NCBI GenBank assembly: GCA_000025185.1
Contig: CP001848.1
Coordinates: 5,010,001 to 5,042,000 of the forward strand
Source of the DNA: Pirellula staleyi DSM 6068
GTDB taxonomy: Bacteria > Planctomycetota > Planctomycetia > Pirellulales > Pirellulaceae
DNA length: 32,000 bases
Direction of reading: 5' to 3'
Under the pieces are notes generated by a model. It was given only the letters and a program-made list of their open reading frames with translations. It searched no databases and was not told where the DNA came from. This document shows, piece after piece, positions 7,763-16,117 of this stretch (position 1 is the first letter of the stretch; each line of letters begins with the position of its first letter). Both the position numbers and the translations under genes were made by a program.

Positions 7763-9256
7763 ATGCTCCGAGCGAGACCAGTTCGACACCGTTGGCCGAT
7801 GGCATGGTTGCCAGCGGTGGTGTCGTTGCCGCTACTGAGCTCGATCGTTGCCCTCTCGCTCAGCCTCACCTTCTTCACTGGCTTGGCGATCGCTCAAGAG
7901 GCACCCAAGTCCAAGGGTCCAGCCCCCCTCAAGACCACACTTGTCGACCCGCGCGAGATGGGCCTCGAAATCGAGCCCGGCTCGGTCCGAATCGGACGTG
8001 GCGAGAACGTCACCACCACCGACGCCGATGGGCAGTCGGTCGTCGCCAAACTCCATGTTGCGATTGGCAAGTCGGCTGTCGTACTGCTTCCCGATGGAAC
8101 CCTCGCTGCTCGTCAGCCCGACCAGTTTGCTCCGACCGACCGGCCGTTTGCCCCCCTCGAGAAAAAACTGCTGGCCGAGCAACTACTGCGCGACGAAGTC
8201 CCCGGCTTTAAAGCCAAAGAGACCCGCCACTATCTCTACCTCTACAACACCAGCGAAGAATTTGCTGAAGCCACCAGTCGCATTCTCGAAACGATGCTTC
8301 CAGGTGTAATCGCGCACGCAGAACAACACCACCTGACGGTGCACGAACCCGGTCTGCCGATGGTGGTACTGATGTTCAAAACCGAAGACGAATTTCAAAA
8401 ATATCGTCGCATGCCTGAAGGGGTTGTCGCCTACTATCACTCGCTCACCAATCGCGTTTGCATGTACGAACAATCGCGGCTGGCGCAAATCCGCCCGGAT
8501 CTCGCAATTCAGCAGTCGATTAGCACCATTGCCCACGAAGGGGCGCATCAAGTGCTGCATAACATCGGTGTTCAGCAGCGGCTGAGTGTGTGGCCGATGT
8601 GGATCTCCGAAGGCATAGCCGAATACTTTGCTCCGACGCAAACAGGTGCCCGCCTCAAATGGAAAGGGGCAGGGCAGGTGAACGACATGCGCATGCTCGA
8701 GCTCGAGCAGTACCTCAAGAGCCGCGGAGCAGGACCGGCCGATGGAAAGATGATCGGTCAAACTGTTCTCGCGGCGCGACTCACCAGCACCGGCTATGCA
8801 TCGGCTTGGTCCCTCACGCACTACCTGGCAAAAAACAAACGGACCGAGTTTGGGAAGCTGCTCCGCGAGCTCTCGCAGCTCGGTCCCCTCGAGACCTTGG
8901 GAGAGATTCAAACACCTGGCATCTGCCGCGAGAATCTCGATCAGTTTCAGCAGATCTTTGGGGATGATCTTGCCGACACGGAGACCCGTCTGGTCGCCCA
9001 TTTAAAGAAACAGCCTTACACCGATCCGCTCGCGAATTTGCCACATTTTGTAGCGATGGTGCAATCGGGCGAAGGACGTCTGATGCGCCGCAGCGCGAAC
9101 ACGTTTCATCAACGTGCTTTCGCAGAAAAGTGGATTGGCGACATCATCACAGGCTTGCCCGAAAAAGTTAGGGCGAGCGCTCGCAGCAACTTGCAAATGT
9201 TTGCTAACCGAGCCCAAGCAGAAGCCGCCGCACGCAGTTATCTCTCCGGCCGTTAG
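7763..9256 (+). CDS. secreted DUF1570-like protein with an HExxH zinc-metallopeptidase-type motif
   Basis: A signal/TM segment 'WLPAVVSLPLLSSIVALSLSLTFFTGLAIAQE' is present. It carries 'STIAHEGAHQVLHNIG...WPMWISEGIAEYFAP', i.e. HExxH plus a downstream Glu as in gluzincin-type folds. It is homologous by eye to the 26852..27640 product. Confidence 0.75.
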   Translation: MLRARPVRHRWPMAWLPAVVSLPLLSSIVALSLSLTFFTGLAIAQEAPKSKGPAPLKTTLVDPREMGLEIEPGSVRIGRGENVTTTDADGQSVVAKLHVAIGKSAVVLLPDGTLAARQPDQFAPTDRPFAPLEKKLLAEQLLRDEVPGFKAKETRHYLYLYNTSEEFAEATSRILETMLPGVIAHAEQHHLTVHEPGLPMVVLMFKTEDEFQKYRRMPEGVVAYYHSLTNRVCMYEQSRLAQIRPDLAIQQSISTIAHEGAHQVLHNIGVQQRLSVWPMWISEGIAEYFAPTQTGARLKWKGAGQVNDMRMLELEQYLKSRGAGPADGKMIGQTVLAARLTSTGYASAWSLTHYLAKNKRTEFGKLLRELSQLGPLETLGEIQTPGICRENLDQFQQIFGDDLADTETRLVAHLKKQPYTDPLANLPHFVAMVQSGEGRLMRRSANTFHQRAFAEKWIGDIITGLPEKVRASARSNLQMFANRAQAEAAARSYLSGR

Positions 9257-9382
9257 TGCGCCCCCATTTGCTGGCTTCGAGCAGCCACTCTCTTGCTGCT
9301 TCTGTGACGCAGCCCGAGGAGCGCGGTATAGTAGTCGCTAACCTCTCACCGGTTTCGCGTTACTCGTTATGCAGAATGCTCC

Positions 9383-10318
9383 ATGACCATGACAGCTTGG
9401 CGATCTTCCGTCTCCACACTGCAGCTGAACCCACTCGCTCCAACCACGAAGTCCTTCCGCAGGAAACTGTATCGGCACTTACTTCTCGCCATGGCAGCCT
9501 TCACATTTTTTGCTAGTGCCATTCATTCTTTCGCGGAAGAGATGGCTGTCGCGGATTCGCCGAAGCCCGAAACTATCCGAGTCGGCGTTCTTAGCAGCGC
9601 ACGAGAGCCTGGAGAAAACACGAGCCAAGGACTGTTCATCAGCATCCTGCGTAAGGCGGGAATGAAGGCCCGCGCCGTCTCGGCCGAAGAAGTGAAAAAC
9701 GGCGTTCTCGAGGAGCTCGACATCTTTATCATCGGTGGGGGAAGTGGCACCGCATTCAACGCTTCGCTAGGTCCCGATGGTGGCCAACTGGTGATGGAGT
9801 TTGTCAAAAAAGGGGGAGGCGTTTTGGCCAGCTGTGCTGGTGGCTATTCGTTTGTGCGGGGTCACAACGAAGCGCTGAAATATATCGAAATCGCCAATGC
9901 CCGCTGCATCGATACCGCTGGTGGTCGCTGGGCTCGTGGTAAGGGGGTCGTGGAAATCATTCCCGAAGAGAGCGACGCACCAACTCGCAAAATGTTCTAT
10001 GCCAACGGACCACTGTGGGAGATCACCGATGCACCCGGCTTTGGCCGCATCGCAGCACTCGCTCGATTTAAAACCGACATCAAACAAGAAGGGGATGAAG
10101 GGGGCATTATGCCCGGCACACCTGCGATCTTGGGTGGATCGTACTTCGACGGCCGCTTCGTACTCTTTAGCGCCCACCCTGAGTTCCATCGCGAATTGGG
10201 ATCCAACAGCCTCATCGTCGACGCCGCTTACTGGGTCACAAGCGGCCCCCTCAGTCCCGACGATAAAATCGACTGGAACTCCATCTTCCCCAGCCAAGCT
10301 CCCGAGCCCATGCCTTAA
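9383..10318 (+). CDS. secreted class-I glutamine-amidotransferase-like (BPL_N-like) protein
   Basis: A signal peptide 'LLLAMAAFTFFASAIHSFAEE' is present. 'IRVGVLSS...AVSAEEVKNGVLEELDIFIIGGGSGTAFNASLG..GGQLVMEFVKKGGGVLASCAGGY' resembles the biotin-protein-ligase N-terminal / GATase1-like fold. The family call is from memory of the motif layout. Confidence 0.6.
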   Translation: MTMTAWRSSVSTLQLNPLAPTTKSFRRKLYRHLLLAMAAFTFFASAIHSFAEEMAVADSPKPETIRVGVLSSAREPGENTSQGLFISILRKAGMKARAVSAEEVKNGVLEELDIFIIGGGSGTAFNASLGPDGGQLVMEFVKKGGGVLASCAGGYSFVRGHNEALKYIEIANARCIDTAGGRWARGKGVVEIIPEESDAPTRKMFYANGPLWEITDAPGFGRIAALARFKTDIKQEGDEGGIMPGTPAILGGSYFDGRFVLFSAHPEFHRELGSNSLIVDAAYWVTSGPLSPDDKIDWNSIFPSQAPEPMP

Positions 10319-10374
10319 GCTTGCGAACGGCTAGTAAGTCCGGTTCCACCGTACATCGCGGTCTACAGATCTGA

Positions 10375-11145
10375 ATGAGCATGGACGCCCAAGCAAACTT
10401 AGTGCTAGATCAACTTGCGCCGCTGCTGCGAGGTGCAAAGCGCCTTGTCGTTTTGACAGGAGCCGGGATCTCTGCCGAGAGTGGCCTCGCCACATTTCGC
10501 GATGCCATGACGGGGCTCTGGGCCAACTTTCGCGCGGAAGAACTCGCCACTCCCGAAGCGTTTGAGCAGAATCCCAAGCTGGTGTGGGACTGGTATGTCT
10601 GGCGACGCAAGCTGGCACAAGCTGCCAAGCCGAACGGAGCTCACTTCGCTCTTGTAGAACTGGAGCGACTCGTACCCCAGCTGACCATCGTGACGCAAAA
10701 CGTCGATGGTTTGCATCAGCGAGCTGGTAGCGCGGGCGTTATTGAACTGCACGGCAGTCTCAGCCGATTCAAGTGCTCCACAGACAACGAGCCCGTCGAC
10801 GCCAAAGACTTTGGCGATTCGCCCGACGGGATGCCTCCTCGATGCCCTCGCTGCCATGCATTCGTTCGCCCCGACATCGTATGGTTTGGCGAAATGCTGC
10901 CGCCATCTGCACTACAAACAGCTTTCCAAGTGACGAAAAAGTGCGATCTGTTTTTCTCCATCGGAACGTCAGGCGTGGTCGAACCTGCAGCCTCGCTGCC
11001 GCGCCGAGCAATCGAATACGGCGCATCGGTCATGATCAATAATTTAGATGTCGATACCGCCAGCGAACCTCCGCTCTACTCTCTCCAAGGTAAAGCAGGC
11101 ACCATCCTCCCCGAACTCCTACGCCGTGCTTGGCCACGCTTGTAA
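10375..11145 (+). CDS. cobB: NAD-dependent protein deacylase, class III sirtuin (CobB type)
   Basis: Canonical Sir2 motifs are present: 'VVLTGAGISAESGLATFRD', 'GLW', 'TQNVDGLHQRAGS', 'ELHGS', 'CPRCHAFVRPDIVWFGE' and 'FFSIGTSGVVEPAA'. 'WYVWRR' matches the Y-x-x-R pair of SIRT5/CobB-type sirtuins. Confidence 0.92.
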   Translation: MSMDAQANLVLDQLAPLLRGAKRLVVLTGAGISAESGLATFRDAMTGLWANFRAEELATPEAFEQNPKLVWDWYVWRRKLAQAAKPNGAHFALVELERLVPQLTIVTQNVDGLHQRAGSAGVIELHGSLSRFKCSTDNEPVDAKDFGDSPDGMPPRCPRCHAFVRPDIVWFGEMLPPSALQTAFQVTKKCDLFFSIGTSGVVEPAASLPRRAIEYGASVMINNLDVDTASEPPLYSLQGKAGTILPELLRRAWPRL

Positions 11146-11237
11146 TGCCAGTGTCCCTCGATGCTGGGCGAGTGGCTGGAGACGATCAATATGTCGTACA
11201 ATGCGGGACGAAATATGGTTGATCCTCTCTTCTGAAA

Positions 11238-12179
11238 GTGCTTTCGATGCTCAAGCGACTCTTGGCCTTCGCCGCAACTCTGGCGATGCTTGTTATTCCA
11301 CTCTCACTTCGTGCCGAAGATCATCCAGGTCATCGCGTGATTGCGCAGGACAAAGGGAATGTCACGATCTTTGCCAAAGATGGCTCGGTCGAGTGGCAGT
11401 ACGAGTGCAAGCACAACGCGCACGATGTGCAGGTGCTCGCTAGTGGCAACATCCTGCTGAACAGCGGCGGCGCGACGGTGAGCGAGATCACCCCCGAGAA
11501 GAAAGTGGTTTGGAGCTACACCGCCCAACCGATCGAAGGCAAAACCGATCGTGTGGAAGTGCACGCTTGCCAGCGCCTCGAGAATGGCAACACGATGGTA
11601 GCCGAGAGTGGTAATCGGCGGATTGTGGAAGTCGATGCCGAAGGCAAAATCGTGGCCGAAGTGCCACTGACGGTCGATAAGCCCAACGCGCATCGCGACA
11701 CGCGTCTCGCACGCAAACTGGCGAGCGGAAACTATCTTGTGGCGCACGAAAACGACGGCTGCGTGCGCGAGTACGATCCCTCGGGCAAAGTGGTTTGGAA
11801 ATATGCTCTCGATCTCGGTGGTCGTCCCGCAGCCCCTGGCCATGGCCCTGAAGGTCACGGCAATGAGCTATTCGGCATGCTCCGACTCGAAAATGGCAAC
11901 ACGCTGATCGCCACCGGCAACGGCAATCGCGTGATCGAAGTCACACCTGAAGGAAAGCAAGTTTTCAGCATCGAGCAGGAGGATCTTCCTGGCATCAAAC
12001 TGGCCTGGGTCACGACACTCGATGTGCTGAAGAACGGCAACATCGTTATCGGCAATTGCCACGCTGGCGAGGGACAGCCGCAGCTCGTGGAAGTGACCCG
12101 CGAAAAGAAAGTGGTCTGGAAGTTCTATAACTGGAAGGAACTTGGCAACAGCACCGCCACAGCGCGTGTGATTGAGTAA
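11238..12179 (+). CDS. secreted beta-propeller repeat protein
   Basis: A signal peptide 'MLKRLLAFAATLAMLVIPLSLRAED' is present; the ATG at 11247 is more likely than the GTG at 11238. A blade motif recurs roughly every 45-60 aa: 'SGNILLNSGG', 'ENGNTMVAESGNRRIVEVD', 'SGNYLVAHENDGCVREYD', 'ENGNTLIATGNGNRVIEVT', 'NGNIVIGNCH', each followed by 'KVVW.Y'. The exact family is not resolved. Confidence 0.7.
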   Translation: MLSMLKRLLAFAATLAMLVIPLSLRAEDHPGHRVIAQDKGNVTIFAKDGSVEWQYECKHNAHDVQVLASGNILLNSGGATVSEITPEKKVVWSYTAQPIEGKTDRVEVHACQRLENGNTMVAESGNRRIVEVDAEGKIVAEVPLTVDKPNAHRDTRLARKLASGNYLVAHENDGCVREYDPSGKVVWKYALDLGGRPAAPGHGPEGHGNELFGMLRLENGNTLIATGNGNRVIEVTPEGKQVFSIEQEDLPGIKLAWVTTLDVLKNGNIVIGNCHAGEGQPQLVEVTREKKVVWKFYNWKELGNSTATARVIE

Positions 12180-12188
12180 CGAGCTGCA

Positions 12189-12524
12189 TTGAGCTCGGTT
12201 CTTGAGATGAACGTTTGCTCGAAGGAATCGCCGCCGGTGCTTTGCGAACATCTCCAAGCGATTGAGCAAGCGATTCTTCAGCAAGGAGTTTGCGAACTTT
12301 CGCGCGGGCAAGCCTGGTCGCTTGTTCGCGAGTGGGTCTACTTCGATTGCTATATCGATGTCGACGCCGTTCGTAGAACCTGGCCGCTCGACGCATGCGT
12401 AGTCAACCACGTCCATCAAGGAACGCATGATGGACAAGAGCAGGGGCTGGCTTGCTCTCAGTGCGGCGACGGCATCATGGGGACCATCGAGCCCCGCGCC
12501 GGAAAACCGATCTTCACCGGCTAG
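12189..12524 (+). CDS. small hypothetical Cys-containing protein
   Basis: The ORF begins 9 nt after the beta-propeller gene; the ATG at 12207 (MNVCSKE...) is the likelier start. It contains seven Cys, including 'ACSQCGDG'. I recognise no family. A hairpin follows the gene. Confidence 0.45.
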   Translation: MSSVLEMNVCSKESPPVLCEHLQAIEQAILQQGVCELSRGQAWSLVREWVYFDCYIDVDAVRRTWPLDACVVNHVHQGTHDGQEQGLACSQCGDGIMGTIEPRAGKPIFTG

Positions 12525-12527
12525 CTA

Positions 12528-12563
12528 GAAAACCTTTATTTCCCTCGAAATACGAGGTTTTTC
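12528..12563 (+). terminator. AT-rich hairpin between convergent genes (possible terminator)
   Basis: The outer stem pairs aaaacct (12529-12535) with aggtttt (12555-12561). The inner stem pairs tatttc (12537-12542) with gaaata (12547-12552), with loop cctc. It is followed by further T and preceded by A-rich sequence. The stem is weak because it is AT-rich. Confidence 0.4.
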
Positions 12564-12598
12564 AGGCTGCATTTCAGAGTCTGCGATGGCGAAGGTCG

Positions 12599-13984
12599 TT
12601 ACTTGGAACCGAACGTTTTTTTAGCAGGCTCAGCAGCGAGGCACTCGGAGGGAGTGATCAGTCCATCGCCATCGAGGTCGTACTTGGCAAAGTCGGCTGC
12701 TGTCGATTCGCTCCAACTGGTCGAGTATTCGTGCATCATGATCTGACCATCCCCATCAGCATCGTTACGGGCAAACCAGTCGGGCAATCCCTTGGGCAAA
12801 CGCTCGGTGGCCGAGAGCATGCGATAGGTTTTTACTCCTGTGGCACTATCCGACTTGGAATCGCCCGATCGGCCACGACGATCGTCATCTCGACCACGTT
12901 CACTGCCACCCGAATCACGTCCCGTCGAATAGTTCGCAAGGCGTGCGGTCAATTCGTCGAGTGTCAGCACACCATCTTTGTTGGTATCCGAGGCTGCTGG
13001 ATCGCCACGCATGTCGGCCCATTCATCTTTCTGGAGCATGCCGTCTTTGTTTTTGTCGTACTGCTTAAGCAGCCCCTCGGCATAGCCTTTAAAGCGGCTC
13101 GGATCACCACCAGGAGGTCCGCCGGGACTGCTTCCGCTGCTTGGGGCCGACGAAGGCGCAGCGACAGGTCCACCAGTGGCAAGGGTCGAGACAACACGCC
13201 CCGGGACGTCGTACCAGCCAAAGCGTTTGGCAATGCGCTCACACAATTCTTTGCGGTCGAGCTTGTTGTCTTTATTGGTGTCGGACTCTTCAGGAGGTGT
13301 CGACCAGCGACCGTTTTTCCACTCCTCGCTGTCGACCACCTGATCTTTATTTTTGTCGTAGTCGTTGAGCATCCGGGCGACGTATTCGATAACGCGCGGG
13401 TCGTACTGCTTATCGAGCGAAACTCCCCCTGCGGTGGTCGAAAGTGGCACGTTAAAGCCGAAGGCTTTCGGAGTGGCTGATTCCGGTACATCAAAGCCTG
13501 GCACCAGTGGAGCGCTCGAGGAGCCGCGCGAGGATCCGGAAGAGCTCCCCGACGAACTTCCGCTCGACGATCCGCTGCTGGAGCTTCCGCCTTGCGAGGC
13601 GCTCATGGCGGCGATCATTTTGTCGAGAGGGACAGGCTGATCGAGATTGATTTTGGCTTGCTCAGCAGCCCGCGACAAAAACCCGCGCGCTCGCCCCGAG
13701 ATCTCATTGGGATCGAGCACACCGTTCTTGTTCTCATCCATTCGTGTTAGGAAGTCCTTCGGGTCGAAACTCCGCCGCTCGCCGCGATCTTCGTCGCGAC
13801 CACGTTCCTCGCGATCCCGATCCCCGCGCTCCTCGCGTCGCTCTTCACGACCACGATCTTCCTGAGCCATAGCGGAAGTGGTCAGCGAGCCACCGGTCAC
13901 AACAACACCCACCGCCAATATCGCGCGACCAATTCTGTGGCGAATGGTCGGCCACAAGTCGTTGGCTGGCAACAGGTTGTTCAT
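12599..13984 (-). CDS. secreted multi-EF-hand calcium-binding protein
   Basis: The signal peptide ends '...SLTTSAMAQE'. Seven canonical 12-residue EF loops are present: DENKNGVLDPNE, DKNKDQVVDSEE, DTNKDNKLDRKE, DKNKDGMLQKDE, DTNKDGVLTLDE, DADGDGQIMMHE and DLDGDGLITPSE. There is also an Arg/Glu/Asp-rich N-terminal tract and an (SGSS)n linker. Confidence 0.9.
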   Translation of the reverse strand: MNNLLPANDLWPTIRHRIGRAILAVGVVVTGGSLTTSAMAQEDRGREERREERGDRDREERGRDEDRGERRSFDPKDFLTRMDENKNGVLDPNEISGRARGFLSRAAEQAKINLDQPVPLDKMIAAMSASQGGSSSSGSSSGSSSGSSSGSSRGSSSAPLVPGFDVPESATPKAFGFNVPLSTTAGGVSLDKQYDPRVIEYVARMLNDYDKNKDQVVDSEEWKNGRWSTPPEESDTNKDNKLDRKELCERIAKRFGWYDVPGRVVSTLATGGPVAAPSSAPSSGSSPGGPPGGDPSRFKGYAEGLLKQYDKNKDGMLQKDEWADMRGDPAASDTNKDGVLTLDELTARLANYSTGRDSGGSERGRDDDRRGRSGDSKSDSATGVKTYRMLSATERLPKGLPDWFARNDADGDGQIMMHEYSTSWSESTAADFAKYDLDGDGLITPSECLAAEPAKKTFGSK

Positions 13985-14115
13985 CGTGAATACTCCGTAT
14001 TTGGGCTACGATGGTTGGCGTCGCTAGATAGCCGATGTTTCCAGCCACTATCCTAATCAGAATCTAACCCCTATCGCCAGCGAAAGTTCCGCCGCTAGCG
14101 GAAACCACAGGAACG

Positions 14116-14490
14116 ATGGAAAGCCGCAAACGCCGTGGTACTGACGCTGGGCCGTTTGGCACGCTGCGCCTCGGCTGGCCGATGGTAGTGCTGTGCCTAA
14201 TCCCTATCGCCGTAAGCCTTCTAGTAACCATAGCTTGTGCAGTATTGAGCCCATGGGATTCCGATGCTAATCCGTTGCTACTACTCGCAGGGTTGATGGC
14301 GTCGACGGTGGTTTATCTGCTCGTCCGGTCGATTCGCACCGGAGTTCTGCAACTGAAACACCAAACTTACTTACGCGATCAACAGCCGATCCGTTTTTGG
14401 TTGCACATTGCTGGAATGTCACTTGTGCTGGCATACCTAATCGCCGCGATGATCTATTCCATCGTGAAATTGTCTGTGTCAGGCAACTGA
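14116..14490 (+). CDS. small hypothetical membrane protein (three predicted TM helices)
   Basis: A 124-aa ORF has hydrophobic segments 'WPMVVLCLIPIAVSLLVTIACAVL', 'LLLLAGLMASTVVYLLV' and 'FWLHIAGMSLVLAYLIAAMIYSIV'. I recognise no family. The local sequence looks less GC-rich than its neighbours. Confidence 0.5.
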   Translation: MESRKRRGTDAGPFGTLRLGWPMVVLCLIPIAVSLLVTIACAVLSPWDSDANPLLLLAGLMASTVVYLLVRSIRTGVLQLKHQTYLRDQQPIRFWLHIAGMSLVLAYLIAAMIYSIVKLSVSGN

Positions 14491-14586
14491 ATGGGGCCAT
14501 GGCACGAGTCGTTTGATTGGTCAAAACGTACTACGCCCTAACTGCCAACTACAAGACAAAAGCTGGTTTTTTGGTGTAGTCTGTCT

Positions 14587-16053
14587 GTGGGCGTGATAAA
14601 AACATGCAATGCCATGCAATCGGGCATTGATGTCTCGCCCACTTCACTCTCCCGAAGAAAAGGCCCCGCGATGCTCAAGCTCACTGGCAAAGGGACAGCC
14701 ACCACTTGCGACGGCATCACACGCCGCGACTTCCTGCAGGTCGGAGCGCTCGGCGGCATCGGCCTGACCTTGCCGCAGTTGCTCGCTGCCGAAGAGATTG
14801 CCAAGCAATCCGCCACGAAAGATCCCAATGACGATCGCTCGGTGATCATGATCTTCAACCTCGGTGCGCCGAGTCAGATGGACACCTTTGATCCCAAGCC
14901 CGACGCCCCCGCTGAAATTCGCGGACCTTTCAAACCGATCGCCACACGCGGCGATTTTCAGATTACTGAGATCCTCCCGCTGCACGCCGAAGTCGCCGAT
15001 AAGTTTTCGGTCGTTCGCAGCTGCTATCACACCGGCGCTGCCGTGCACGACACCGGTCATCAGATGCTGCAAACCGGACGGCTTTTCTCCGGTGGCATCA
15101 ACACGCCGCACGTCGGCTGTGCGCTCGCTTACTTGCGTGGACCGAAAACCGATCTGCCGCCACATGTGATCCTTCCCGAGCCGATGGGGAGCACCGGTGG
15201 AAATCTGCCGCATGGACAAGATGCTGGCTTCCTGGGCAAAGCATACGATCCCTTCGCGCTGATGGCCGATCCATCGAAGCCCAACTTCAAAGTCCCCGAT
15301 CTTTTGCCGCCGCAAGACATGGGCGAAGCGCGACTCGACCGACGTCGACGCCTGCGCTCGATTGTCGAATCGCAAGTCGATCAGTTCGAAACGTCAGCCG
15401 CAGCTAAGTTGATGGATAGTAATTTCGAAGCGGCCTATCGCCTGATGACTTCGCCTCAAGCGCGCGAAGCCTTCGACCTCTCGAAGGAACCTGAAAAAGT
15501 TCGCGAGCGTTACGGCAAAAACCGCTTCGGTCAATGCTGTCTCCTCGCGCGTCGATTGATCGAAGCTGGCGTACGCTTTGTCACCGTCAACACGTTCCTC
15601 ACCGTCTTCAACGAGATCACCTGGGACATCCACGGCAGCAAACCTTTCACCTCGATCGAAGGCATGAAAGACATCGTCGCGCCAATGTACGACCAGGCCT
15701 ACAGCGCGCTAATCATGGACCTCGCTGATCGAGGCATGCTCGAAAAAACGATGGTCTGCAACCTCGCCGAATTCGGTCGCACACCGCGAGTAAATCCCGC
15801 TGGTGGACGCGATCACTGGCCGCAATGTTTCACCGTCTACTTCGCAGGCGGCGGCATTCAAGGTGGCCGCGCGATTGGTCAAAGCGACCCGCAAGGAGCC
15901 TTCCCAGCCGAACGACCTTGCGAGCCTGCCGAAGTGGTGGGGACGATCTACAAGAGCCTCGGATTCGATCTCGAGACTACACTTCCGGGCCCCGCTGGGC
16001 GACCATTTCCGCTCGTCGACTTCGGCAAAGATGCGATTCGCGAATTGTTCTAA
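14587..16053 (+). CDS. DUF1501 domain protein (sulfatase/alkaline-phosphatase-like fold) with a TAT signal
   Basis: A twin-arginine signal 'TRRDFLQVGALGGIGLTLPQLLAAEE' is present. The likely start is the ATG at 14671 (MLKLTGKG...), not 14587. Typical DUF1501 blocks are 'GAPSQMDTFDPKP', 'VVRSCYHTGAAVHDTGHQ', 'VRFVTV', 'WDIHG', 'EFGRTPRVN..GGRDHWP' and 'GGGIQGGRAIGQSD'. Confidence 0.92.
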   Translation: MGVIKTCNAMQSGIDVSPTSLSRRKGPAMLKLTGKGTATTCDGITRRDFLQVGALGGIGLTLPQLLAAEEIAKQSATKDPNDDRSVIMIFNLGAPSQMDTFDPKPDAPAEIRGPFKPIATRGDFQITEILPLHAEVADKFSVVRSCYHTGAAVHDTGHQMLQTGRLFSGGINTPHVGCALAYLRGPKTDLPPHVILPEPMGSTGGNLPHGQDAGFLGKAYDPFALMADPSKPNFKVPDLLPPQDMGEARLDRRRRLRSIVESQVDQFETSAAAKLMDSNFEAAYRLMTSPQAREAFDLSKEPEKVRERYGKNRFGQCCLLARRLIEAGVRFVTVNTFLTVFNEITWDIHGSKPFTSIEGMKDIVAPMYDQAYSALIMDLADRGMLEKTMVCNLAEFGRTPRVNPAGGRDHWPQCFTVYFAGGGIQGGRAIGQSDPQGAFPAERPCEPAEVVGTIYKSLGFDLETTLPGPAGRPFPLVDFGKDAIRELF

Positions 16054-16117
16054 ATCGTGCGTTTTACCAGCATTTTTGCACGTTTTTGTTTTGAGTTTGG
16101 TTTGAATCTACTGCGAG

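Noticed and set aside
10375-11145. The Sir2-domain protein considered as an anti-phage NADase effector (Thoeris/DSR-like).
   Set aside because: It is a short (256 aa) canonical class III sirtuin with complete deacylase motifs. It has no fused sensor or effector domain, no partner gene and no mobile-element context.
12452-13480. Long antisense or alternate-frame ORFs inside confidently assigned genes. Examples are 12452..13480 +, 16172..17005 -, 17399..18376 -, 18618..19553 -, 19836..20687 -, 25843..26685 -, 8183..9001 -, 5692..6420 + and 4243..4968 +.
   Set aside because: Each lies fully within a gene whose other-strand product has clear family motifs. Their translations are Arg/Ser/Gly/Cys-rich with no motifs. 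Such shadow ORFs are expected in GC-rich DNA with strong codon bias.
14092-14101. A perfect 10-bp palindrome 'ccgctagcgg' 15 nt upstream of the small membrane-protein gene, considered as a possible operator.
   Set aside because: About 30 perfect 10-bp palindromes are expected by chance in 32 kb. The flanks do not extend the symmetry.
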